Shown here one piece after another: positions 1 to 12,667 of a DNA stretch of 64,000 nt. The stretch's first letter is position 1; each line of letters starts with the position of its first letter. The position numbers and the translations under genes were made by a program. The notes below the pieces were generated by a model, which made no database searches, was not told where the DNA came from, and worked only from the letters and a program-made list of their open reading frames with translations. This stretch comes from Phoronis australis (Eukaryota > Animalia > Phoronida): the NCBI GenBank assembly GCA_002633005.1, contig NMRA01000408.1, forward strand, positions 62,001-126,000, given 5' to 3'.

Positions 1-3000
1 ACCCCCCAGTGTAGTCGACTTAGAGATAATATGTATTTTAACATTTTCCAATCTCCGCGCTCATCAGCCATTCATGGGATCTAGCAATGGTGGATATCCT
101 TTATCACGTGTAGAGTGCACCTCGGGTATCAGAGGCGAGCAATAAATACACGAAGCCGTCGAGCACAGCGGATATTGAGGATTATAAAACTAAATTTAAA
201 CAGTAAAGATCAAAAAGTCAAGCACGCTACACTTTGCTCTGAAGGAATGAAAAATAAACTACACAACAATGGTCAAATCGGACCAAAAATAAAATTCGCT
301 TCAGTTGCCATTTTTCATATTTTTCAAAGGATATCCATAATGCACTAAATACAAATTGTTTTACCAGAGGTTGATTGGCAACAGATACTCTATGTAAACT
401 ACGCTAAAAGCAAAGTAAAATTTACTAAATAAATATTTTTTTGAAAATTTTCACCCTTGTCCATTATATTAAGTCCTAAACTGAATAATTTTTAAAAATT
501 CACACAGCAACACAGCAAACAACAAGAAATTCAGTTTTGTTGATTTTCAAAACTTCAGCAAACCTCAACCAAATGTCACCCAAGCCAACAGACCATTGCT
601 GTCATCCCCGAACAAGACTTTTGATTGACACCTTGTCATTCAGAAACAGGAACCTAGTGTACTCACAGGCATTCAAAGAAGTTACTGATCTCTGATAGCC
701 CAGTTCACCAGCTGTGTTGACTTAGCAGAAATCCTGGGCGACAGATTCATCGGACAGTAGTCTGCCAGCTCAAGAGCGACTCATTCACAAACATTGATGA
801 GATGGACACTCCTGTAAATTTGAATGGACCACTCATTTTTTGACAATAGGATGGGCATACCATGCCAAACTCACATGCTTCCACTTGAAAAGCCCTGTTA
901 TCACATCGCCAAAGTGTGAAAGGCATACAAGTGCTGAAAAGAATTTCTCAATCCAAACCTTAGTTTTAACACCAGTTCTGTTATCTCCAGAGCAAAGCTT
1001 CAACCTAACATGGAGTTTCACCACAACTAGAGTAACCAAAAATATTGTGCTCAGACATCACCCAAAATCGAGTTATCCTTCCTACTAACAGCTCACCATT
1101 TGCTTCTATTTATACTCTGTAAAACACTCTAATGCCTATGAATGGTATTTTCAAAGAGCCATGTGTTTTCTCAATCAAGCAATGAACTGTGTCAACACTA
1201 ATTAGGATACTTGTCGCACAAACACTACCTGGAAATAAAAAGACCTTCAAAAGTAACGCGTATGAAACTTCCAACTGTTTCGCGCATTACACACAAACTG
1301 TCACACAAACCGTTATGGTCAAGTCAGCCAAAAAAAAATAGGTTGAGAAAATCAGAGCGTAACCATCCAATATGTCAGAGACTGGTCTTGTCAGAGGTCT
1401 CTGAATGAACCCGTTTGTGGTTTATCAGTGACAAGATGGGTTTGGTGCTGGGTCAACCATTAAATCACCCAGTCTGTTAAGTGAACTCTCAGGCAAATAC
1501 ATACGAACCCTCTCCTTGCCAACAACAGGTTCTAGAATAAAAGCGTGCAATTTTAAAATTTAAGAAGAGTTCGCCTCAAAATGACTTTGGCTGCTTTCCC
1601 AGTAGGGGAGCTGCAGTCTATCCAAATTTCCTTCATACTTTTTTCCAAGCAATTGAAATACAACAATGTCAGAGTTACCAATAGATAACTGTTCCATCAT
1701 CGAAATAAACATTATACAGTGTAGTTCGTTGATTCGCATTCTTCAAGTCTCACGTGTAAGAGCTTCCAAGCTACAGTAATAATTCTGCTGGAAGAATAAA
1801 AACCGTGCATTAAATACATTAACTTTTGTATTCTATCCAATACCAGTTTTAATCGAGTTCAACTTCCACACCCACCACAGCACTTCATCACTACAGAAAA
1901 TGAACAGCTTAAAATATCTGACTGTACAGCTACAACGGATACAACAAAAATTTTAAGCACGGTGGCTCAAAATTTGAACATGGAGATCAAAACTTGACCA
2001 TGGAGGATTAAAATTTGAGAGTGATGAATCACCATGCTCAAAAATCTTGATGAGAAGGCTGCACCATAAGAAAACTCCAACTCTAACAATGTTTAGAACC
2101 TAAAATGTAATATCAACAACATGCAACCACCCCCACAACTGTACATCCTGTTGTGTATCACATGTGCAATAAGCTCAATGTGCCCTGGTAACAACGACAA
2201 AATGGAACCTAGCGCATGCTGCATCCCACATGAAGTCTTAGATAATACAAACTCTAGCACAGCTGGGGGCCCTAATACAACCAGCAAACATTAGTATACA
2301 AGGCAAATCCAATTTTCAACACTATCAGAAATACATACGTATGGCTTTGGTCAGCTTTTTTGTTTGGAAATAGTCTTGCATGTGTTAAGTCCAAATCAAA
2401 ACACAGGCAAGACCAGTCAGTATGCCAGGCAGATTGACAAGGTGTGGATCGCAGGTAACGATGCTCGCATAAAATTGTGCAACTGGTTTGAATTTAAAAA
2501 TGAAAACGACATAAGAAACCATCAATCCTTTGAAAGGTAATAGTCAAGCCACGGATAATTCCATCCACGACAAAGGCAACAGAGTTTAGCAAAAAATTAC
2601 ATGTATTGTTACTCCGAACTAAGACCTAAAGATAATAACCGTAAGGTACAGAGAAAAACAAACATAACATTTGTTTCATGACAATGCAGACACTCGCCTT
2701 AACGATTAGGGGAGACTGCTAACTGTTCACGTTTTCACATATAATAATACGAGTCTCTACCCAAGACCGAATGTGCCAGTGAGTGTTTGAATTGAGGTTT
2801 TGAAAAAACTGTTGACACAGGGTTTTAATCTGTTCAAAAATGCCCAACATTGACATTCAAAGAGCGAGTTTATAATTCAAAGGCCTAGGATGAGTCATAC
2901 TTCATGCAGTGTGTAGGCGACCATACCTAGTCCACACTCTGCCATTATCACCCAAATGAGGCCAATACACCTGCCGCAGTCTAATTGCAATTGGGCAAAT

Positions 3001-3262
3001 CACAATCACAGATATTTTTAGTGAAATTTGCTGAGCTGCATATCAATGTTAATGAAATTTATCGTCATGCACGCTACAGGCAGCCAACAATATGGTGCCC
3101 CTGGCTCTCCACTATTAAGTTTACCAAAGCTCAGCTACAGTAGATATAAGTGCCATCGACACTTTTGAGTTAGCCTGAAAAAGTTACTCCCGGAAGGAAT
3201 TGTCACTAGGTTGTAGTAACGCAGACACTGTTTGTGCTGGGACAACTTGACACATACACAAT

Positions 3263-3690
3263 AGTCCCGTTTAGACATCAACTTTTGACCCGGCGCAACT
3301 GACACGGAGCGAATTGATCAGTGTCAAGCAGCCCTTTACACACACAACTCACCAACTGTGGCAAGACGGTAGTTGTAGGCTAGAAAGTGGAACGCACATT
3401 TGCAGGTTTACAAATGGCAGGAGTTGCAGAGACAGAGAACCCGTATGTAGGTCATTGCACAAGTACAGCAGAGATGATCCTCTCCGCCTTGCCCGTTTCG
3501 CATTTAGACATATAATTGACACGGAGCAAGATGATTGAGTGCAAATTGCTCTACCTCACAAACGGGTGGCAAAAGTTGTCACTGCGGTGTCAATTTGCTT
3601 GTGTCAGTCCCGTTTACACACATACTTGCGCTAGAACATCTCATTCCGTGTCAGCTGATCCGTGTAAACTTTTGTAGTGTAAACGGCATT
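3263..3690. mobile_element. PIF/Harbinger-like MITE (~430 bp), apparently nested in another inverted-repeat element
   Basis: Imperfect long TIRs: ccgtttagaca...ctgacacgga on the left versus tccgtgtcag...tgtaaacgg on the right. An outer inverted pair, tttgtgctgggacaa (3230-3244) and ttgtcccagcacaaa (3745-3759), flanks it. Confidence 0.55.
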
Positions 3691-6600
3691 AATGTGACAA
3701 CTTACACAACCATATCCAGATTGGGTAACTTGTACTAGGGTAACTTGTCCCAGCACAAATCTTAGTGTGAACGAAAACTTGAAGACAGAGTGCAAGTGTC
3801 CAGTTGTGCACTTGTTCAATAACCTACATAAGGGTGTCTAATCCAGTTTGCACTAGGAGGGGACCAAGTTGTTCCAGTACGAGCTATATACACTAATACT
3901 GTGGTCATAGAAATAGTCTGATGTGAATGTTAGTTCACCGTTACACAGCAGCAAAATATACATGAACTGACAGCGAAAGAAAAATCAAATCAATTTAAAT
4001 ATTATCACTGCAGTGTTAGTAACTTAAAAGTAGTACAGTCTCCCTAGTAGAAGCGATACTGATTAGACCTGAGAAACTGCCTGATGAATTCGTACATTTT
4101 GTTACAATAACAAGGTTTGTTTAGCCGAAAACATCAGACTTGGCCATAAACTGACACAAAAAGAAAGTCAGTTAATATGAAGCAATGATTAGTGATTAAG
4201 AAGTGGTTGATCACATACTTCTTTTCCTCAACAAATCAAGAGCTTATAATCCTGAATGATCAGGAAATTATGACTTCCTTCTCAGTCCATTAAACCCATA
4301 AGCAAAATGTGTCAGATCATATGGTTCCTGTAGGAAGAGAACAACAGGATGTGTTACCACGGGAACACAAGTTAAATCTACTGAGGAGGTCTAACCTATC
4401 CAGCAAAGCTGCACGCTAAATAAGAATTGATCGCGGCAATACACAACTGGGCAGCAAAAATTGTACCTGATGACCTCATTGGTGGCACGTGGCACAGCAC
4501 TGAAAAGATTCCATGGTGGAATTCCGCCCACCAAACGCTATAATTCATTAGTTACAGTCAATTTGTTTTCCACTCAAAACCTCCAGTGGACCAGGCCAAG
4601 ATATGTAAACAGTGAGGTCTGGATACCATAAGAACAACAGGATGTGTACCCATCCTACCTTATTTACAAAGTTGAGAAGGTCGACAGTTGACAGGTACCC
4701 TAAACAAGGCCTCAGGGACTAACTTATTTTCAAACACGAGTTTCCTGTCCTTTATAAAGAAACTCAATAAACAAGATTGAAAACTCTAGAAACTTACATT
4801 TCCATTCAGGAAGGATCAAATACAAAACAAACAAAAACGGACCAAGCCTAAGATGTTATTTTTTCACACCCAAGTCAGAATGAAGGTAGGTTCAGTAATT
4901 TCAGTTAAAAATCAACAGGCTATACCAAAACTTCAACATGAAATTCAATAGGACTGATTCATGTCAAGTTTTACCACAGCAATACAACTAAGAAAACATA
5001 AAATATGATTGGACAGGGTTAACATGGCAATAAAATATTGTACATTATCAAAACAAACAGTCCTGTCAATGGTACCAAAATGTGTATACACACAAGGGGT
5101 AATGAGGTCCAGCCTACAATTCCCAACACAACAAAATAATAACCCATTCATAACTAGCCTCAGCCATAGAACAGACCTGCATTATTCAATGGATGGCCAA
5201 TGTAACACAGAGCCTAGAGATGTGTCCTCAATCATGTCAAACAGACAAAAAAGGCAAGATCATTTACATGTGGATGAGGACTCATAACATATGGTGCCTG
5301 GAGAAAATGATCGAATGCCCAACTAGTGAGGAGTCAAAATGGGCCATCATACAAACTCGCTTATTTGTCACAAGAGAGAACAGCTAGCAGATCAGTCCTA
5401 TAAATCCAATAGATAACAGGACTATCCCAACTTCACCAGCCCCATTCAGTCCTTCTTGCTCCTATCAGCGAACCATTTCACTGACTCATTAACCGTTGAT
5501 GTTCCGAATGTACAAATTTTGCCAGCTCCCATTTCAGGCCCTCGTTGAAACAGCTTCACTCGACGACTGAGAAACAAAAATCATTTCGCTTCACACAACA
5601 CAAGCCAAAGGGCCAAAATCTTTTCAACATTATGGCAATTCAAATTCAAAATATCCCCCTTGGAGTTGACAAGATTTAACAGAAAGAATGAACACACTAA
5701 GATAAAGAACAACGTTATCGCCACCATCAAATCCTTTCACATACATCAGCAAACCACCAAGTTCCGTCAAATTTAAAATAAACTACCAACTCAGTAAGGA
5801 ATATGATGTCAAACAGTGACACCTAGACATACCCGCTTCATACCTGTACATTCCGAGTCACTTTTCTCGATCAACACGTAAAGAAGTGTGCTTTTAATAA
5901 GCAGTACTTTAAGAAAACATGCACAGAAACAGCAAACATAGTTCTGGAGGCCATCGTATTAAAAATTTGCTGAAAAAATGAAGTCATTTTGTGGTTTATT
6001 GTTCAAAATGAACAGTTTCGTATGCCTCTCTATATTGCAAAACTGGACCTGGAGAACTATTGCAGCGTGCAACTTTCAAAAGATGGTCAGCTAACACAAG
6101 CCCAGGGCACTGTAGAGTAAAAAAACCTGTACCATCAAGCGCAAATAAAACCCATTTTATAGTCGACCCCTACGCAGAAGGGTATTCACCATTCACAGCA
6201 CACAATGAATGTCAAGGAAGAAATGGAACCCAGATATGCTACTTGTAAAATTCGGATTTGGGATGTCATGAACAACTGGGGACTTCTCTTCAACCTTAGA
6301 AACAGATAAAGAGTGCTTGGATTGAGGAGACTTGAACACTAAAGTAGGCTACCAGTAAAATACACTGATACTGGCCGTGACCTAGTTTTTCACATTACTG
6401 GAGGTCCCAGTCCTGGAGAGGTTTACACAGTAAACTTTTTACTACAAACAATCAAGGGCATAGAGGAGAGAGGGAGATCTTGCAACCTTTTTGAAATGTG
6501 CTTATTGTTTGAATAAATTAAACTTAATTGTTATCACGATATAACTTTATTTTATAGGTCAGCTGAGAGACTTTGCCTCAGCATTACACTGACTGAATTC

Positions 6601-7519
6601 ACATCTCAGAAATAAATATAACTTGTATTTTATATAAAACTTTCTCAAAACACTTATTTTGAGACGCATATACCATGAAGAAAACAATAAATATCTTAAT
6701 AGCAAACAAAAAACAATGCAGTTATTGTTGTCACAGGGCTAATCTTACAATACATGTATACAAAAACATCGTCAAGAGGAACTGGACAACACTCACGTGG
6801 AGATGAACATCTATTTAATTTACATGTATCGATAGAGGTGCCAGTGACCTGTCGCTAAGCAACCGAACAAAATGGTTTTGGTGAGCATCACAGTCCCTCT
6901 GCTTACAACCACTTGAAATAATATCCTTATAGGGACTGACTGCATTCAGACCAACTCAACATAATTTGTTAACGCAAACAACTGCAAAATTAAAAAAGAT
7001 TTGCCAAGTCATACAGGGAGGTATTTACAATTAAGCACAGAAAATTGAAGGCCCTGTGAAATATACGTAATTTATACTTAGCTCTGCACTTCAACCGAAG
7101 TTTGGACAATGCCCAAGACCTTGCTTGTCCACAACACTTGAGAATTATAATCCAGTCTATCTGGCGGCACACGGGACATAACTTACACTGCTCCGTAATC
7201 CAGAGATTTATACGACAAGTCAAGACATCTGCACAGCCAATGAAACATATAAAATATCCGCGATGTCCATAACCAGTTTGCACTGACAGAAGCACTATTA
7301 AGTTGTGCTACAACGCGTTCCCGTCTTGCGTTTGGCATGCAGTCCGAGTAGAAAACAGTCTCACAGGTCGAAAAATAAAATCCAGGAACTGGGTAAGATC
7401 ACCGATCGACGACTGTTTAACCGAAGACCACGAGCACTGGACCGCTGTTTATACATCTCCATCACTGGTACTCCATTTAATTCCAGGTTTCAGCTAAAAT
7501 ATTGACTTATAACATGAAA

Positions 7520-8221
7520 TCACACAAATGATGAAGACGAATCATGCTCAGACGAGTAAATGAATTTTGTCTTGTCTCTGTCTGTATGAGGCTCTTTACA
7601 CTGGCATCCTTTGGTGACACAACAACAGTTATAGCACGAGGTGATTGCCTCCGTCACCCCACGCATTGGCCAGTACAAACACAAGCATGGTATACATGTC
7701 GACAGAACACCAAGGCAGGCCCAGCGCAGTGCACAATTTGGCTGCGTACAGCCGGCACACGGCTCCTCAAACGCCGTCTTGTTCTCATCGTAGCAACAGT
7801 GGTACGCCACGCCTTTTAAACAACATACGCAGGACACTTTCTCAATAACGTCCTGTGCATTGCATGTAGCGTTAGTACAACATAAATTCAAAGAAGGCAA
7901 TGGTCGCCTTTCAGTGCACTGCCGGCACTTACACTTGCGACAGTGCATACATATAATACTGCTCTTGGCACCTTTTATGTCAATCGGCAGCTGCGTCACC
8001 GATACTGGCTGCTCAATCACACATCGCTGCCGTTCCCTTTCGCGGTTCTCATTTATGTTGTTATTTTTATTGATAAGGGAATCCTGCCCTCTTTTTGATG
8101 GTCTATGAACCGTAGGCAGGTTCGGGGTGTCAACATAATCGTTAAAATTACGCGACAACCCGACAGTGTCTAATCGGATCACTTGCTTTCGTTTTGTGCC
8201 AATTGGCAACTTTGTTTCCAT
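7520..8221 (-). CDS. SPRY: Sprouty family RTK/FGF signalling antagonist (~233 aa, single coding exon)
   Basis: ORF 7520..8242 has the N-terminal motif NDYVDTP (Sprouty NxYxxxP Cbl-TKB tyrosine motif) and the Cys-rich SPR domain (ICMHCRKCKCRQC...SCVCCLKGVAYHC...PCAGC...RWACLGVLSTCIPCLCLYWP...GCQCK). A polypyrimidine acceptor (ttttcctatttcag, 8224-8237) sits 2 nt before ATG 8221, so METKLP is the likely start, not 8242. Confidence 0.93.
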   Translation of the reverse strand: METKLPIGTKRKQVIRLDTVGLSRNFNDYVDTPNLPTVHRPSKRGQDSLINKNNNINENRERERQRCVIEQPVSVTQLPIDIKGAKSSIICMHCRKCKCRQCTERRPLPSLNLCCTNATCNAQDVIEKVSCVCCLKGVAYHCCYDENKTAFEEPCAGCTQPNCALRWACLGVLSTCIPCLCLYWPMRGVTEAITSCYNCCCVTKGCQCKEPHTDRDKTKFIYSSEHDSSSSFV

Positions 8222-9120
8222 TTCTGAAATAGGAAAAACCATAAAAGATACTTAAAGTTATACCTTAAAATTTAGAGTAAGTCTAGCTCTCAATTGTGAC
8301 AGCAGAAACGAACAGGAATACATAACCATTTTTTTCAGTAACATTCAGTAAAATAGTGAAACAGTGAAACAATTAGGGCAACAAAACTGGCGTTAATAAA
8401 TTTTCTACGTTGGAAGTTGTTTAACAACACCAGGTAATATCAGGACAGCAAGAAATGCCTGTTAGGCCTATGTGCTATGTCAGGAAAAGTCGTTAAAAGT
8501 TAAAGAAATGAGAAGCCAGCTTGTCAAATTGAAAATTGAAGACCTCTGCCCTCTAAACTACGGCAGGTGTCGAAAAGAGCATTCAATCACGTTTAGCAAA
8601 CTTGAACATACTTACTCCGTTATATCAGCAAAAATTAAAACCCCTAAACATAGCTAATGAGATCCACAAAACAAAAAGTCAATCAGATAACAAAGTGCAA
8701 AGCGGGCCAACCTACTTCAAATGCTCGACTTCAGGGCACGTGTCGTGAACTGGCGTGAATGTAAAACCCAATCGCATCATACGCTCATCCTAATCTTTGT
8801 CAGTTTGTGTCGCTTGTTTTTTATCAATGGCACACCGATAAGAGTTCGCAGACGTATCAACCTTACAAATTATTTATCCTCTCCTATCTTACTTCGTTAA
8901 CAAGTATGCCCATTTGTATCGAATCACGACATGTGGTTAAAAATTGATAGCGTGTACTCCAGAGATGAACCGTTCCTATCTGATCTGGCTTCTAGTTTAT
9001 GAAGAGGTCGGCAGTATGTCCAGTAATCCTCGCACACAAATTCACAAAAAAAACGTCGTGAAACGACATGGCCTTGTTAAAATACACTTGCCACTTAGTT
9101 CTTAGGTAGAATCACACTTT

Positions 9121-9245
9121 CTTACCATAAAACGCTAAACCGACTGCACATTTTCAATGTTAGTACCCACACGATACACATCTAAATGAAGACACTTTCC
9201 AAATATGGAGAATGGTGAAATGACCTCCTCGTAAACTTCCGGACG
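9121..9245 (-). promoter_or_regulatory. Candidate Sprouty non-coding first exon / promoter-proximal region with ETS site
   Basis: Strong donor ATG|GTAAGA on the minus strand (intron starts 9125) that could splice to the acceptor at 8224; CCGGAAGT ETS consensus at 9235-9242. Assignment is inferred. Confidence 0.35.
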
Positions 9246-11914
9246 ACTGTATTATTTTATTGAAGGGGTGTTCGGCCTTCAGATATTGACAAAGCATGCT
9301 TTTTAGAAGAAAAAAATACTTCACTAATACAAAAGTAAATGTTAAGTGTATTAATATATTTGAATTTAAAAATAGACATTAAGCAACACAATTAGATGCC
9401 AAGAACAAGTCTTTTTAAATCTTATTACCCCTACGTGTCAGTTTCCAGTTGTAATGGCAGTTGTGAAACCACGTGACCAGTCAGCAAATAAAGAGCATGA
9501 AATGATCAATGAACGTGAAGTTACCACGGATCGTCTCCCGCCAAAACGAACGATAAGCCACTACGTTGCACCGGCACTTTAATATCTTGTTTACCAGTAT
9601 TTCAAATTTGGCCAGTTTATATATCAGGTCTTATCAGACTGTGACGTATAACAAATTACTTTGTGTGACACCTGTCCATGGTTATGAACGCTTTCTACAG
9701 GGTGTCAAATTTTACGCCTCGAGAAAACTATCTAAATTAACCGTTCCATTTTATTCAGTTACATAAGAAAAGTTTGTTTTCTAAAATTCACACTACGAAG
9801 GCAACCCGACAAGTGTTTACTATTTTATTTACAAACACGGACGAAAAGAATAGCCGGCTCATTCAAGGCTTCTCATAAGTCATTCTTGTGAAGTTGCCAA
9901 ATACCGTATGAATGAGGTGCCCTGTTCAATAGCTGGTTTAGAATTAAAGATTGGTGATAAGAAAATCCTGTAGTGACAATGCCTGTACGACATGAATAGA
10001 CTGGCGGAGGCAAAGGCAGTTTAACGCACAAGAATATTCTACGTCACATTGGCTCCACGGTAAAGACACGAGTTACGTTATCTATAATAAAGGTTTACGG
10101 TTAAATATCTCATCTCCATCAGTGCTGCCAAAAAGTTTTTCCACCAGCCCAGTCAACAATGTACTAAATAGGAAAATTAGAGGATCAAATCTGGGACTAA
10201 TGCAACTATTATTAGCTATTATAGCCTAGGATAAAATGAGAGAGAAGAATGAAGTTAAGTTCCGCGTAAATCAATCGAAATGGATTCCGCCCCAAATAAA
10301 GATAACATGTCACAAGAATTAATTTGATCGAACTTAATAAAAACGCGTCAAGCTGCAGTCTTGCGTATTCTACTGTAGGGTTTATTGAGTGACTGTAAAC
10401 AAGCTCATTCACTGACAATAGCTATACAAAAGACCGGAGTCTAATGAAGCTTGGTAATAACGCACCATATTCTATTCCTATTCCATCAAGTGAAAATCTT
10501 TTCAGCGTCGAATGGAATTATCGCGCGCCTTTCCTCGACAGGCCGCAGGGGGCGGAAGCGCCGCAAATGGTCGCTGTGTTTTGAACAACTCTCACAACAC
10601 CTTCAGTGTTTGGCGGAGTATGAGGTACTCGTGTTGAAGAAAACTTCACATCTCTTCACTTGTGACTTTGGTGATATTACAGGTGTTAAAATAACCCTGA
10701 TTTTTTCAATAGCTCCCCGTGACAGTGCTCATGCCATCAAGAACTATACCCACGTCTTTTATAGAGTAACAGAGCAGCTTGGACTCGAGGGCTATAATTT
10801 CATGACGAGTGAAACTAGATGTTGTTTTTTTTTTATAAATTTCGAAAGTGAACTGTCCAGTGCTGTATCTGATTCCAAAAGGTGTAATGGGAGATACTGT
10901 TCGGGGAATATCAGTATCACATTCGGATATTGCTGGTAATAAAAGGGTTCTTGTTGAAGTTCGGATGTCGCTGTGTGCACGACCTGAAATGCAGTATGTG
11001 TTTCCAAAACAAACAAAATTTCTTACGTAATATATGGGTATCTAAACACAATGCTGCACTCATACAAGGGCCACTATTTTCAGTGCACTGATCACCCATG
11101 AATTCATGTGGTATGTTAAAAGAACTCAATATTATCCTCAACCCAGTTCAGGGAAGTTCACAAGTAACAGTTTCGTACCCATTTTAACACCAGATCTAAT
11201 AGACCATAAAGAAATAATCCAAATTTTAATTTCTGTCACCATCGTTTCGCGAACTAAGCTGTAAATGTCTAATGCATTACAATGTGCAAAACTGTAAGGT
11301 TGGAGTTTTCTTTATTCACGGTGACTCTGTGTTTATTGACGACGACGTCACGGGGACACGGTCCTCTATTGGAATCAAAACTTGCGTAATTTTGTATTTT
11401 TAAAGATAAAGAATAATTACACTAACATTGCTCTTGATTTATTATTATTTGCATTTTAACACGATACAATAAATGAGAATTTCAGGCGTAGTCCAGTACA
11501 CAAATGCGAGTATTTAGTGACATCTATTGGTCAAAATATATAACTGTCCGGGTTTTGTTTTGTTCCGTGTCCCTCCACTGTCTCAGAATGTCCTGCTTTA
11601 ACAAGCGGAGAAATTAACGTACAACCGTATATTTTTATGCTTTTCCACACAATTTACCCTTAAATCTAAGAAAATTAAAACGGTGTGTTTCTGGGTGTTA
11701 CCGAGGACATTTGCTCCTCCAGTTGCGAGATCCAAATGACCTTCTTTTTCAGTGTGCAGTCCATATTACAAAGTCGTACCTACATGTACGACTAATCAGA
11801 GTGTGTAGGCAGGGCTTTCAATTTAATTCCCCATTTGCCCGTGGTTTTATCACAGAACTAGAGGACAGCTCCGTGATAAAACGACGGGCAAATGTACTCA
11901 ATAACCTCACCCAG

Positions 11915-12667
11915 CAGTGGCGGATCTAGGATATCACAAGGGGGGGGGGCCCAACATTTTTTCCGGCTGGAAGCATTTGCGCAATCTGAACCACGATTGT
12001 AGATGCGCATAGCACCGAATGGGGGGAGGTCGGGAGGGGGGTTTGCCCCCCTCCCGCCCAGGAAATTTTTCTGTTTTTACCTCTAAAAATCAAGCATTTG
12101 CCTCGATTCCTGAAGTATTANNNNNNNNNNNNNNNNNNNNNNNNNNNNNNNNNNNNNNNNNNNNNNNNNNNNNNNNNNNNNNNNNNNNNNNNNNNNNNNN
12201 NNNNNNNNNNNNNNNNNNNNNNNNNNNNNNNNNNNNNNNNNNNNNNNNNNNNNNNNNNNNNNNNNNNNNNNNNNNNNNNNNNNNNNNNNNNNNNNNNNNN
12301 NNNNNNNNNNNNNNNNNNNNNNNNNNNNNNNNNNNNNNNNNNNNNNNNNNNNNNNNNNNNNNNNNNNNNNNNNNNNNNNNNNNNNNNNNNNNNNNNNNNN
12401 NNNNNNNNNNNNNNNNNNNNNNNNNNNNNNNNNNNNNNNNNNNNNNNNNNNNNNNNNNNNNNNNNNNNNNNNNNNNNNNNNNNNNNNNNNNNNNNNNNNN
12501 NNNNNNNNNNNNNNNNNNNNNNNNNNNNNNNNNNNNNNNNNNNNNNNNNNNNNNNNNNNNNNNNNNNNNNNNNNNNNNNNNNNNNNNNNNNNNNNNNNNN
12601 NNNNNNNNNNNNNNNNNNGGGGGGGGGGCCCGGGCCCCCTGGGCCCCCCCCCCTAAATCCGCCTATG
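11915..12667. mobile_element. hAT-like non-autonomous DNA transposon spanning an assembly gap
   Basis: Termini CAGTGGCGGATCTAGG and CCTAAATCCGCCTATG form an imperfect TIR; GC-rich subterminal palindromes; CCCAG direct repeat on both sides (11910-11914, 12668-12672). Confidence 0.7.
12121..12618. other. Assembly gap (N run)
   Basis: Run of Ns. Confidence 0.99.

Noticed and set aside
7544-8108. Plus-strand ORFs antisense to Sprouty
   Set aside because: Shadow ORFs of the real coding sequence.
10451-11141. Cluster of overlapping ORFs (up to 162 aa) upstream of Sprouty, possible transposase remnant
   Set aside because: No recognisable domain or splice structure by eye; a BLASTX search would be needed to revive it.
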